Translations under genes and position numbers: made by a program
Shown: one piece after another, positions 48,112 to 57,637 of the stretch
Numbering within the stretch: the first letter of the stretch is position 1
How the letters are laid out: the number at the start of each line of letters is the position of its first letter
Assembly (NCBI GenBank): GCA_011605725.1
Contig: JAAOZP010000009.1
Location: 32,001-96,000, forward strand
Direction of reading: 5' to 3'
Length of the DNA stretch: 64,000 bases
DNA from: Nitrososphaerota archaeon
Lineage (GTDB): Archaea > Thermoproteota > EX4484-205 > JAAOZP01
Notes under the pieces: model-generated
Seen by the model: only the letters and a program-made list of their open reading frames with translations
What the model was told of the DNA's origin: nothing
Database searches by the model: none

Positions 48112-49404
48112 ATGTCACAGTCAGACGAGTCCATGAAGACGATTGTTTCTTCTTCAGATAAAGAAATAGATAATTATAGATTTATTCAACCATGTTTAAA
48201 TTTAGGAACTTTGGGTCATGTCGACCATGGGAAGACCACTCTCGTCCAAGCTATTACAGGAGTTTGGACGAGCAAGCATAGTGATGAGTTGAAGAGAGGT
48301 ATTACGATTAAGCTCGGCTATGCGAACTTCGCTGTTTTCCAATGTCCGAAATGTCCTCCCCCGTACAACTTCACAACTTCTCCACGGTGCTCATGCGGGT
48401 CTGAGGCTGTCTTCCAGAGAAAGATAAGCATCGTGGATTCGCCTGGCCACGAGATACTTATGACGACCATGCTGAGCGGCGCTGCTGTTATGGATGCCGC
48501 AATACTTGTGATCGGTGCAGACGAGGTTTGCCCGCAGCCCCAGACATATGAGCACCTTTTAGCTGCTGAGATAATGGGGATTAAGAGGCTAATCGTTGTC
48601 CAGAACAAGATTGACATAGTTTCTAGGGAGCGGGCCTTGAAAAACCTGGAGGAGATTAAGAGCTTTCTTTCTGAGACAAGGTTCGCCGACGCCACTATAG
48701 TACCAATGTCTGCGCAACATAAGGTTAACGTAGACGTGTTGCTTTACGTTATTCAGAAAGAAGTTCCTACACCGGTTTTCGACCTAAACTCTCCGGCAAG
48801 AATGATTGTCATAAGGTCTTTCGACGTTAACAGGCCTGGTATTCCGGTCAGGGATATGCGTGGCGGTATACTGGGTGGTTCAATCATCAGGGGGGAGATA
48901 AGGGTTGGCGACGAGATTGAAATACTGCCTGGTCTAAGGGTTAAGAAGGATGATACTGTTGAAACAGTGCCGCTTGTTGCGGAAGTGGTTTCAGTGGGTT
49001 TCGACAATGTTTTTGTTGAAAGCGTTAGAAGCGGGGGTCTCGTTGGAATTGGAACAACTCTAGATCCTTCTCTAACTAAGAATGACCTGCTGGTTGGAAA
49101 CATGGCTGGGAAACCCGGTACGCTACCGCCTGTTACACGAAGCATCACTTTAGAGTACAGCATGTTTGAGAGGGTTGTCGGCGTCAGGGGTCTTGTGAAG
49201 ACGGAACCCATCCGAACCGGGGAGGTTTTGAACGTTAACGTCGGTTCAGCTTTGACACAGGCTGTTGTGAAAGATGTTAAGGATAACAGGATTAACCTAA
49301 GCCTTAAGATGCCTGTTTGCGCGGAGAAGGGTCAAAGAGTTGCGGTAAGCAGGCTTGTCGAGAGGCGCTGGAGGCTTATTGGACACGGTGTGCTTATCGG
49401 TTGA
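48112..49404 (+). CDS. eif2g: Translation initiation factor aIF2 gamma
   Basis: GHVDHGKTT, RGITIKLGYA, DSPGHE, RSFDVNRPG, RWRLIG. Confidence 0.96.
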   Translation: MSQSDESMKTIVSSSDKEIDNYRFIQPCLNLGTLGHVDHGKTTLVQAITGVWTSKHSDELKRGITIKLGYANFAVFQCPKCPPPYNFTTSPRCSCGSEAVFQRKISIVDSPGHEILMTTMLSGAAVMDAAILVIGADEVCPQPQTYEHLLAAEIMGIKRLIVVQNKIDIVSRERALKNLEEIKSFLSETRFADATIVPMSAQHKVNVDVLLYVIQKEVPTPVFDLNSPARMIVIRSFDVNRPGIPVRDMRGGILGGSIIRGEIRVGDEIEILPGLRVKKDDTVETVPLVAEVVSVGFDNVFVESVRSGGLVGIGTTLDPSLTKNDLLVGNMAGKPGTLPPVTRSITLEYSMFERVVGVRGLVKTEPIRTGEVLNVNVGSALTQAVVKDVKDNRINLSLKMPVCAEKGQRVAVSRLVERRWRLIGHGVLIG

Positions 49405-49790
49405 TGGTTCTCCTCGACTCTAGCGCTCTGCTGGCTCCATTCGAAACCGGGGTTGATTTCATAAACGGAATAACTGGGTTGACTCAAGGCAGAACATTGT
49501 TCCTAATACCTTTCGAAACGCTTATAGAGCTTAAGAGACTGAGCATTAATGGGCCTAGGCTTTCCGGTATGGCTAGGCTAGCCCTATCTGTTGCAAGCGG
49601 TTTCAGAACACTGCTTCCAACCGGTATGAGCTGTGACGATGCACTCGTTTACCTTGCAAAAACTTATAAGGCTGGTGTGGCAACAGCCGACAGGACGTTA
49701 AGCAGGAGGCTTAGAGCCTTGGGTATACCTGTTTTCTATCCTTCGGGGGGAAGAAGGATAGTTGGGAAAGGATGGTTCGAAAAGGGGTGA
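49404..49790 (+). CDS. PIN-domain protein (Fcf1/Utp24-like)
   Basis: LLDSSAL, EL, DD, ATADRTL; conserved context. Confidence 0.8.
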   Translation: MVLLDSSALLAPFETGVDFINGITGLTQGRTLFLIPFETLIELKRLSINGPRLSGMARLALSVASGFRTLLPTGMSCDDALVYLAKTYKAGVATADRTLSRRLRALGIPVFYPSGGRRIVGKGWFEKG

Positions 49791-49796
49791 TGAGGG

Positions 49797-50378
49797 TTAT
49801 TCAAGATAATCGAGCTTGAAGACGTGGTGAAGGTTCCGCCTTCCAGGCTCGGCGACCCTGTTGATGAAATTTTCAAAAACGTTCTTAAAGACAGGTATGA
49901 GGGTATGGTTATAGAGGGAATCGGATACATAATTCTGCTGGTGGATTACGACTTTAACCCAGTGGGTCAGATATCCCCTGGGGACGGTCACAGCTATCAC
50001 AAGGTTAGGGTGAAGGTGCTCTCCTATTATCCGGAGGTTAACGAGGTTGTTGAGGGGAGAGTTGTCGAAGTGGAGGAGTTCGGGGTTTTCGTGAGGCTCG
50101 TGACCACTGACGCTTTAATGCACGTGAGTCAGATTACTGACGATTACATGGATTACAATAGTTCCCAGGGCATTCTCGTCGGGAGACAGACTAAGAGGAT
50201 AATTCAGAAGAACGATTGGGTTAGGGCTAGGGTGGCTGCAGTATCTATAGGCAGGGGAGCCATGACTGACAAGATTGGGTTAACCGCTAGACAGCCCTTC
50301 CTGGGGAAGATCGAGTGGATTGAAGAGGACATTAGGAGGCTGGCTGGTGAGAAGCCTAAGCAGGAGGCTAAGGCTTAA
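49797..50378 (+). CDS. rpoE1: RNA polymerase subunit E' (Rpo7); apparent TTA start (GTG at 49824 alternative)
   Basis: FKIIELEDVVKVPP, PGDG, EVVEG, FGVFV, HVSQI, LTARQPFLGK. Confidence 0.95.
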   Translation, partial: LFKIIELEDVVKVPPSRLGDPVDEIFKNVLKDRYEGMVIEGIGYIILLVDYDFNPVGQISPGDGHSYHKVRVKVLSYYPEVNEVVEGRVVEVEEFGVFVRLVTTDALMHVSQITDDYMDYNSSQGILVGRQTKRIIQKNDWVRARVAAVSIGRGAMTDKIGLTARQPFLGKIEWIEEDIRRLAGEKPKQEAKA

Positions 50379-50563
50379 TGCCTCTCAAAGCATGTTTAAA
50401 CTGTAAAATGATAAGCGACTCACCTAAGTGTCCAAACTGCGGTGGAGAAGAGTTTACGCAAGAGTGGAGTGGCGAGGTTCTTGTTTTCAACCCTGAAGCT
50501 TCTTCAATAGCTAAACTCATTGGGGCAAGGGTTCCGGGAAGATACGCAGTGAGGCTGAAATAA
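50378..50563 (+). CDS. spt4: Transcription elongation factor Spt4
   Basis: ACLNCK, CPNCG, WSG, PGRYA. Confidence 0.93.
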   Translation: MPLKACLNCKMISDSPKCPNCGGEEFTQEWSGEVLVFNPEASSIAKLIGARVPGRYAVRLK

Positions 50564-50565
50564 GT

Positions 50566-51063
50566 GTGTTAAAAGCTTCTGAGGAAACCAGGAGGATAGT
50601 TAGAAAACCACTGGGAGTTCTGCTTGATACGGAGGAGTTGAGAAGGAGGCTTAAAGGGTTCAACGGGATCGTTATCTCTGTTGGCGACGTTGTTTCCCAA
50701 AGCCTTTTAGAAATGGGCTTTAAACCAAGTGTCTGCGTGGTTGACGGGAAAACTCTGCGGACATGTGCTCATAGTGTTGAACGCTTCCAGCAGGGAAGAA
50801 TTGTCTTGAAGCTTGTTAACCCTCCTGGAACAATATCCGAGGAGTCTTGGAGCATCTTTAAACAGGCTCTCGACTCACAGCCATCGACGATACTGGTTGA
50901 AGGCGAGGAGGATCTTCTTACGCTTGTAGCTGTTGAAACAGCACCCTATGGTTCCCTAGTGGTATACGGGCAGCCGGGAGAGGGTGTGGTGCTGATAGAG
51001 GTTAACGAGTCTTCTAAAAAAATGGTCCTGGAAATCGTTGGAACTATGGAGGCATGCGGCTAG
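50566..51063 (+). CDS. GTP-dependent dephospho-CoA kinase (DUF359)
   Basis: SVGDVV, VVDGKT, NPPGTI, GEEDL, YGQP. Confidence 0.9.
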   Translation: MLKASEETRRIVRKPLGVLLDTEELRRRLKGFNGIVISVGDVVSQSLLEMGFKPSVCVVDGKTLRTCAHSVERFQQGRIVLKLVNPPGTISEESWSIFKQALDSQPSTILVEGEEDLLTLVAVETAPYGSLVVYGQPGEGVVLIEVNESSKKMVLEIVGTMEACG

Positions 51064-51196
51064 CTGCTGCCGTCAGGCTTCCCACCAATCCGTATCAAGC
51101 ATTCCCCATGCTTCTTGTAGATTTCCCCTTACGGCGGCTTCCTGCATCATCTACAGTAATGTTTAAAGCCTGACTAGTGGGGGGAAGCATAGCCAC

Positions 51197-51556
51197 ATGA
51201 TGGAGATCAGAATAATTAAGGAAACCGAGAACCCTCTTTTAAAAAGGAGGGAAATAGTGTTTGAGATCCAGCATCCCAAGGGTAGGACGCCCACTATTGC
51301 TGAAGCAAGGGAGGCGGTTTCAGCTTTAAAAAAGACTCCCGTCGAAGCAGTATACGTGAGAAATCTTAAAAGCGTTTCAGGCAGACAATCGTCAATCGGA
51401 GAGGCGCATGTCTATTTTTCAACGGAGGACGCTAGGATCGAGCCCATGCACGTTAGGGTTGCTAACCTGCCTCCTGACGAGAAGAAGCGTAGGAAAGAGG
51501 AGCTTAAGAAGATGAGGATGGAGATGAAGGCTAAGGCAGCTGGTGGTAAGAAATGA
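51197..51556 (+). CDS. rps24e: Ribosomal protein eS24
   Basis: [19 protein letters not shown]. Confidence 0.92.
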   Translation: MMEIRIIKETENPLLKRREIVFEIQHPKGRTPTIAEAREAVSALKKTPVEAVYVRNLKSVSGRQSSIGEAHVYFSTEDARIEPMHVRVANLPPDEKKRRKEELKKMRMEMKAKAAGGKK

Positions 51557-51714
51557 AGGACACCTTAAAATACTACGAGGTTGACGTAAGTAAATCCTCT
51601 GTAAGGCTTAGGAACAGGAAATGCCCACGGTGCGGCAGGGTTATGGCATTCCATAGAGAGGGCAAGCCGAGATGGCACTGCGGCGCATGCAACTATACTG
51701 AGTTCCAGAGGTAA
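51553..51714 (+). CDS. rps27ae: Ribosomal protein eS31 (S27ae)
   Basis: Manual translation: [10 protein letters not shown]...[13 protein letters not shown]...[14 protein letters not shown]. Confidence 0.94.
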   Translation: MKDTLKYYEVDVSKSSVRLRNRKCPRCGRVMAFHREGKPRWHCGACNYTEFQR

Positions 51715-51731
51715 GGAGGAGCGTCTAGCCT

Positions 51732-52733
51732 GTGGGGGAGCGTCTCACATGCATCGGGGTTGAATCTACTGCCCACACTTTCGGAATAGGTGTTGTGAGA
51801 CATTCTCCCTTCGAGATTCTCTGCGATATCCGCCGTGTTTACAGGCCTTCTTCAGGCGGAATCCATCCGAGTGAGGCTGCGAAGCATCATCTTCAGAACG
51901 CGTCTAACGCTCTTAAGGAAACACTGTCTAAAATCAGAGTTGAAGACATAGATCTGGTTGCGTTTTCACGCGGCCCGGGTCTGGGGCCATGTCTAAGGGT
52001 TGGAGCAGCCTTGGCGAGAATGATCGCTATAAAACTTGGAAAACCACTGGTAGGGGTTAACCATGCTGCTGCACACGTGGAGATCGCGAGGGTTCTAACC
52101 AGGGCTGCCAACCCGGTTGTGCTCTATGTTTCCGGTGGTAACACACAGGTGATTCATCCTTCTGAGGGGAGATACGTGGTTCTGGGAGAGACGGAGGATA
52201 TTGCCGTCGGAAACCTTATCGATGCTTTCGCTAGGAAAGCTGGTCTCGAATTCCCAGGGGGTCCGAGAGTCATGGAGCTGGCTTCAAAGTCAAGCAGGCT
52301 GATAAGGCTGCCCTATAGTGTTAAGGGCATGAACGTGTCTTTCTCAGGGATGCTCACCATGCTTGAAAGCCTCGTTGGGAAGGAACCGATTGAAGACCTT
52401 TGTTTTTCATTGCAGGAAACTGCTTTCTCAATGCTGATCGAGGTTTCGGAGAGAGCTATGGCGATGCTTGGGGTTGACGAGTTCATAATAGCTGGCGGCG
52501 TAGGCGCCAACCGGAGGCTCAGGGAGATGGCTGGGGAAATGTGTAGGGATAGGAAAGCCTTCTTCCTCGATTATCCGGTTGAGTATTATGCTGACAACGG
52601 TGTCATGATCGCTTGGGAGGGAATCGTGCAATACAGGTTGGGAGAGTCGCTTAGAGTTGAAGAGTCTATTGTTAAGCCAAGGTGGAGGCTGAGTGATGTC
52701 AAGTCTCCTCCCTCAGGGTTGTACTCGAATTAA
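51732..52733 (+). CDS. kae1: KEOPS t6A synthase Kae1
   Basis: GVESTAHT, GGIHP, GPGLGPCL, VNHAAAH, VSGGNT, GGVGAN, DNG. Confidence 0.95.
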   Translation: MGERLTCIGVESTAHTFGIGVVRHSPFEILCDIRRVYRPSSGGIHPSEAAKHHLQNASNALKETLSKIRVEDIDLVAFSRGPGLGPCLRVGAALARMIAIKLGKPLVGVNHAAAHVEIARVLTRAANPVVLYVSGGNTQVIHPSEGRYVVLGETEDIAVGNLIDAFARKAGLEFPGGPRVMELASKSSRLIRLPYSVKGMNVSFSGMLTMLESLVGKEPIEDLCFSLQETAFSMLIEVSERAMAMLGVDEFIIAGGVGANRRLREMAGEMCRDRKAFFLDYPVEYYADNGVMIAWEGIVQYRLGESLRVEESIVKPRWRLSDVKSPPSGLYSN

Positions 52734-53361
52734 AACCCTCTACCAGGGTGCGGAGGCAATCGTAGACCTGTGCGAATGGCTGGGCAGAGAGGTTGTTGTG
52801 AAAACCAGGATCGCTAAGAGCTACAGGGTTAGGGAGCTCGATGACTTGATAAGGCGTTCCAGAACAATTAGGGAAGCATCTCTCTTGAGCTCAGCTAAGA
52901 AGGCTGGTGTCGAAACCCCTTTCATCTACCATGTAAACCCGGTTGAAGGATGGATATTGATGAGCTATGTTAAAGGAGAGAGCCTTAGAAGCATGCAGGG
53001 CTCAAGCATGTTCCCAAGCCTTGTTAACAGGCTTGGAAGCATAGTCGGCAAGCTTCACGCAGCAGGCATAGTGCATGGCGACCTTACTCCGGCGAACGTG
53101 ATCATATCTGGCGGAAGACTTGTGCTCATAGACTTCGGCCTAGGCGAATACTCTAACGAGGTGGAGAAGAAGGCTGAGGACATATACATGCTGGTTTCAA
53201 GCCTGGCGCCGCTTCCAGACCACGAGGTTCTCGCAAAAATGTTTCTAGAAGGATACAGGTCTTCAGCCGGGGAGTCGGCTGGCAGGGTTGAAGAAAGGCT
53301 TAGAGAGATCAGTGTGAGAGGCAGATACGTGGAGAAGGAGCTGAGGCGGCGAACAGGTTAG
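52693..53361 (+). CDS. bud32: KEOPS kinase Bud32
   Basis: QGAEA, RTIREA, HGDLT, IDFGL, RGRY. Confidence 0.94.
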   Translation: MMSSLLPQGCTRIKTLYQGAEAIVDLCEWLGREVVVKTRIAKSYRVRELDDLIRRSRTIREASLLSSAKKAGVETPFIYHVNPVEGWILMSYVKGESLRSMQGSSMFPSLVNRLGSIVGKLHAAGIVHGDLTPANVIISGGRLVLIDFGLGEYSNEVEKKAEDIYMLVSSLAPLPDHEVLAKMFLEGYRSSAGESAGRVEERLREISVRGRYVEKELRRRTG

Positions 53362-53440
53362 CTATTCTCTTAACGCCTTCTTATTCGCCGGTTTTAAGAC
53401 TCAGATAAAAATAATTTGGGGAAGCTTAATTGGCGTGCTG

Positions 53441-54793
53441 TTAAACACTTAGAATAACCTTTTCATGAACCGCCTTAACAGCTTTCTCCGCATCCTCCAT
53501 CAGCACTACGAAGGATATGCTTGTCTCAGACGAGCCTTGAGCTATGGCTAGAACGTTAACACCTGCTTCAGCAACAGCGGAGAATATTCTTGCTGCAACA
53601 CCCTTAGTCCCCCTCATGCCCTCCCCAACGGCGGATATTACTGCAACACCCCTCTGTATCCTGATTCTTTTAATAAGCCTCTGTCTGCTAAATCCTTCTC
53701 TCAACCCTTTCAAAGCCATGTCTAAATCCCTATCTTTAACAAGCAGGGTTATTCCGATTTCTGAAGCATCCTGACTTATCATGGAGATGCTCACCCCTCT
53801 CTTCGCAACCTCGCCGAGTATGGCGGAAGCCACGCCCGGCGTACCTGCCATAGCAGCCCCCTCAACGGTTAAAATACTCATGTCAGGTATCATCGCTACA
53901 GCTTTAACTATTTGCTTCTCAACAGCTTTTTCAAAGCCTATTGTGGTGCATTCTTTAAAGGGTTCCTGGATGCTTGAAACTATGATTCTTACCCCCAGCT
54001 CTTCAGCAAGCTCCACTGCCTGAGGGCTCATAACCCATTCTCCAAGCCTTGAAAGCTCCAGCGCCTCCGAGTATGATAAACTAGGTATGGTTCTCGCCTT
54101 ATCGGTAATCCAGGGGTCGGCTGTGTAAATGCCGCCGTTAGCCTTTGGAACATAGACCTCGTCTACTCTCAACTCGCTTGCAGCAAGTATTGCCACTACG
54201 CTGCCCATCCCCTTTTTAAGAAAGGCTTCACTACCCTCATGGTCAACGCAGGACCTGCCGGATACTACAAGAACTTCTTTTGAAACATTTTTCAACCTAT
54301 CCGGCTTAACAAGGCTCACGTGATGACTCCACGGCGGCTCATAATCTTCTATGAGCATGAATCCTGCTTGTCCGGCTGTAACCCATTTAGTGTCAACACC
54401 GATTGCGTTCAAATGGCTGGAAAAAACTCTAGCAACAGTGTTTCCAAGCAGGTTAAGCATTACAGGCAGCCCTCTGGGTGTTGCACCGCCAGCCTTCTTC
54501 TCAGCGTGCAAATACTCAATGATCTTGTTTAAGCTTTCAACAATCTCGGCTTCAACACTCTTCCTCAGATCCTCCGGGATCCCCTTCGCAAGACTGTTAA
54601 GCTCACCGGCCAGCTTTGCTAAAGCTTCCTCCTCGCTTACACGTGAGGCAGCAGCCTCGGTCAGAGCCTTCAAGATCTCTTCACGCGGCTCAACTATTAT
54701 CACTAACCCGCCGGAGGCTTTTTCAGCAAGCTTCTCGCAAAGCCCTCTCAATTCAAGCCCTGTGTTCTCAAGGTTAATGTTTACAATCCTCAA
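53441..54793 (-). CDS. Aspartate kinase-like protein with degenerate kinase domain and two ACT domains
   Basis: GIYTADP, LSYSEALELS, ISQDASE, VGEGM, AIAQGSSE; in thrC-hom operon. Confidence 0.82.
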   Translation of the reverse strand: MRIVNINLENTGLELRGLCEKLAEKASGGLVIIVEPREEILKALTEAAASRVSEEEALAKLAGELNSLAKGIPEDLRKSVEAEIVESLNKIIEYLHAEKKAGGATPRGLPVMLNLLGNTVARVFSSHLNAIGVDTKWVTAGQAGFMLIEDYEPPWSHHVSLVKPDRLKNVSKEVLVVSGRSCVDHEGSEAFLKKGMGSVVAILAASELRVDEVYVPKANGGIYTADPWITDKARTIPSLSYSEALELSRLGEWVMSPQAVELAEELGVRIIVSSIQEPFKECTTIGFEKAVEKQIVKAVAMIPDMSILTVEGAAMAGTPGVASAILGEVAKRGVSISMISQDASEIGITLLVKDRDLDMALKGLREGFSRQRLIKRIRIQRGVAVISAVGEGMRGTKGVAARIFSAVAEAGVNVLAIAQGSSETSISFVVLMEDAEKAVKAVHEKVILSV

Positions 54794-55800
54794 CGCTTCT
54801 CTTCCTCCAATATTTCAAAAATATCTCTAATTATTGCGGCTGCTGTTTCGAACGGTCCAGCTCCCCTCCCAAGCAGGTAAACCGGTCCAGCTCTCTTCAT
54901 TCTGAACTCCACCGCGTTCAGTGTCCCATTCACGTCAAGCATACTCCCCTTCTTAAGCTTTGAAGGACCGACCCTGAGCCTACCTTGCTCAGTGAATTCT
55001 CCAACAAGCCTGATCGAGTACCCGTTTAAAGCAGCTTCAAGCAGGTCATTAGGCTTAACTTCTTCTATTCCTTTCAACTCGACTTCATCAGCCCTATGAC
55101 CGCCTTCAATAGTGTTAGCTATTATGGTTATCTTATAAGCAGTATCCATCCCCGATACGTCCATAGTCGGGTCGGCTTCAGCAATACCTATTTCACGTGC
55201 AAGCCTCAAAGCTTCATCATAGCTTCTTCCCTCCTCCATTAATGTGAGGATATAGTTTGAAGTAGCGTTTAAAACTCCACGGATGCTTTCAACAACATCT
55301 CCAATCATGAGGGTTCTGAGTGTTTTCAAAACAGGCAGCCCACCTCCAACTGTTGCACTGTACTTCACTATCCTACCATGGGACAAAGCTGTCCTCATAA
55401 TCAGGTCATAATCATATGCGAAAGGAGCCTTGTTGGCTGAGACAACGTGGGAACCATGCTCTAGAGCCTTAAGAATATGTCTTAAAGCAGGTCCTGACCC
55501 GCCTCTGCTCGTCGGAGTTACTTCAACAGTCACATTAGGCTGTGCAATCCCTATGGCTTCAGCCGCGTCCATGCTCGGGAAACCACCCTGCTCAGAATAG
55601 GCTACGGAGCCCTTCTCAAGCTTGGTTGTTAAAAGACTACTAACCTTAACACCGTTCTCAGAGAGCGTCGCGCCCCCTCTATCCACTATTCCAACGATCC
55701 TCGGCTCTGCTCCAAGCCTCCTGAACCTCCGCCTCTCTTCCTCCATGAGCTGTAGGAAGGCTCTTCCAACGTTTCCAAAGCCGATTAGAAGAATCCTCAT
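54790..55800 (-). CDS. hom: Homoserine dehydrogenase
   Basis: GFGNVG, VSANK, ATVGGGLP, GVLNATSNYIL, AEADPTMDVSG, GRGAG. Confidence 0.94.
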   Translation of the reverse strand: MRILLIGFGNVGRAFLQLMEEERRRFRRLGAEPRIVGIVDRGGATLSENGVKVSSLLTTKLEKGSVAYSEQGGFPSMDAAEAIGIAQPNVTVEVTPTSRGGSGPALRHILKALEHGSHVVSANKAPFAYDYDLIMRTALSHGRIVKYSATVGGGLPVLKTLRTLMIGDVVESIRGVLNATSNYILTLMEEGRSYDEALRLAREIGIAEADPTMDVSGMDTAYKITIIANTIEGGHRADEVELKGIEEVKPNDLLEAALNGYSIRLVGEFTEQGRLRVGPSKLKKGSMLDVNGTLNAVEFRMKRAGPVYLLGRGAGPFETAAAIIRDIFEILEEEKR

Positions 55801-57014
55801 GAAAGCTTCCTCAAAGCCTCCGCAGGGTTTTCACCCGGATGAATTACGAGCTCAGCATAAGGCTCTATGTTTATACTCGGATCTTTCAAACCATGTCCCG
55901 TAACTACGGCGACGACTGTTTCATCACCCTTGAAGAATCCTTCTTTAGAAAGTTTTTCTAAACCTGCCACTGAGGCTGCTCCAGCAGGCTCTGCGAACAA
56001 GCCCTCCATCCTAGCAAGGTCTACCTGCGCCTTCAATATTTCCCTGTCGCTGACAGCAACCGCTGTTCCCCGAGAATCCCTTATCGCCCTCAACGCTTTC
56101 TTCCAAGATAATGGTTTCCCGATCCTTATCGCTGTAGCAACAGTCTCCGGCTTTTCAACAGGCTCTATGGTTTCCCTATTTTGAAGACAGGCTTTCACTA
56201 TTGGAGCAGCTCCCTCAGCCTGAACCCCGATCATCCGCGGTTTAGACTCAGCCAGACCAGCTTCAACCAGCTCTTTAAAACCTTTCCAGCCTGAAGAAAT
56301 GTTTGCAGCGTTTCCCACGGGGTATACAGTGAAATCTGGCACACTTTTAAGGCTCTCCCATATTTCGAAAGCGATTGTCTTCTGCCCTTCAATCCTATAC
56401 GGGTTTACAGAATTCAAAACATAAACCCCAAGCTCCTCCCTGTGCATGAGAAGTGTTTTCAAAGCGTCGTCGAAATTTCCCCTGACCCTGACTATCGTGG
56501 CGCCATGGGCAACAGCCTGCAGAAGCTTCCCTGGCGCAACATAGCCGTCTGGAAGAAAGACGAGGCTTCTTAAGCCAGCCCTAGCCGCGTAGGCTGACAT
56601 CGATGCTGAAGTATTTCCAGTTGAAGCACACGCTACGCTTTTAGCATTAAACTTGAGGGCGATGCTTACAGCCACAGTCATACCCCTGTCTTTAAAAGAA
56701 CCGGTTGGATTAGCTCCTTCAAACTTCACGTAGAGGTTTTTCAAGCCTAAGTATTTCCCAAGCCTTTCAGCCTTAACCAGCGGAGTGTCTCCTTCACTCA
56801 GAGTGACAATTCTCTCAACCTTTGGAAGGAGGCTCCTATACCTCCAAACACCCCTACCGTTAAACGAGACGCTTCTGAAAACGCTCCTGGGGTAAGCAAC
56901 CTCTAAGAGCCCTCCGCATTTCACGCAGACAAGCATGTTTCCCCCGGGCTCATGGGTTGCGCCGCAATCTATGCATTCCAGAGCCTCGCCGTCCCGATAC
57001 TCCATTACCCGCAT
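55797..57014 (-). CDS. thrC: Threonine synthase
   Basis: EGDTPL, NPTGSFKDRG, ASTGNTSAS, NSVNPYR, TGHGLKD. Confidence 0.95.
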   Translation of the reverse strand: MRVMEYRDGEALECIDCGATHEPGGNMLVCVKCGGLLEVAYPRSVFRSVSFNGRGVWRYRSLLPKVERIVTLSEGDTPLVKAERLGKYLGLKNLYVKFEGANPTGSFKDRGMTVAVSIALKFNAKSVACASTGNTSASMSAYAARAGLRSLVFLPDGYVAPGKLLQAVAHGATIVRVRGNFDDALKTLLMHREELGVYVLNSVNPYRIEGQKTIAFEIWESLKSVPDFTVYPVGNAANISSGWKGFKELVEAGLAESKPRMIGVQAEGAAPIVKACLQNRETIEPVEKPETVATAIRIGKPLSWKKALRAIRDSRGTAVAVSDREILKAQVDLARMEGLFAEPAGAASVAGLEKLSKEGFFKGDETVVAVVTGHGLKDPSINIEPYAELVIHPGENPAEALRKLS

Positions 57015-57070
57015 ACTCGCCTCATGAGAAGTTTTAAGCTTTAATATCTCTCAACCGTGAGAAATGGCTG

Positions 57071-57637
57071 ATGAAGCTACTGTTCATAACTGGGAACCCT
57101 GGGAAATTCATAGAGGCGCAGAAGCTGCTCGGAGAATTCGGGATAACGCTTGAACAAGCTGATATTGAAATAATCGAACCCCAGTCGGAAACCCTGGAAG
57201 AAGTCGCTGAGAGATGCGCTCAGGAAGCTTTGAAAAAAATAGGGGAACGCTTCATAATCGAGGACTCAGGGCTGTTCGTAAACTCTCTAAACGGCTTCCC
57301 AGGAGTATACTCCTCCTACGTCTACAGGAAGATAGGGTGCGAAGGAATACTTAGGCTTCTAGAAGGCTCCTCAGACAGATCAGCATACTTCATGACCGCA
57401 CTAGCATACGGCGAGCCACAGGGAGAAATCAGAATATTCACAGGCAGGGTGGACGGCACAATATCCAAAGAGCCGCGTGGAAAAAGCGGGTTTGGTTATG
57501 ACCCCGTCTTCATACCTTTCGGCTCCAACCTGACTTTCGCGGAGATGAGCGTTGAGGAGAAGAATAAGTTTTCTCACAGGGCTAGGGCGTTGAGGAGCTT
57601 TGCATCATGGTTCGTGAAGAGACATGGGGAAAAGTAA
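57071..57637 (+). CDS. rdgB: dITP/XTP pyrophosphatase (HAM1/RdgB)
   Basis: TGNPGK, EDSGL, GFPGVYS, GFGYDPVF, SHR. Confidence 0.95.
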   Translation: MKLLFITGNPGKFIEAQKLLGEFGITLEQADIEIIEPQSETLEEVAERCAQEALKKIGERFIIEDSGLFVNSLNGFPGVYSSYVYRKIGCEGILRLLEGSSDRSAYFMTALAYGEPQGEIRIFTGRVDGTISKEPRGKSGFGYDPVFIPFGSNLTFAEMSVEEKNKFSHRARALRSFASWFVKRHGEK

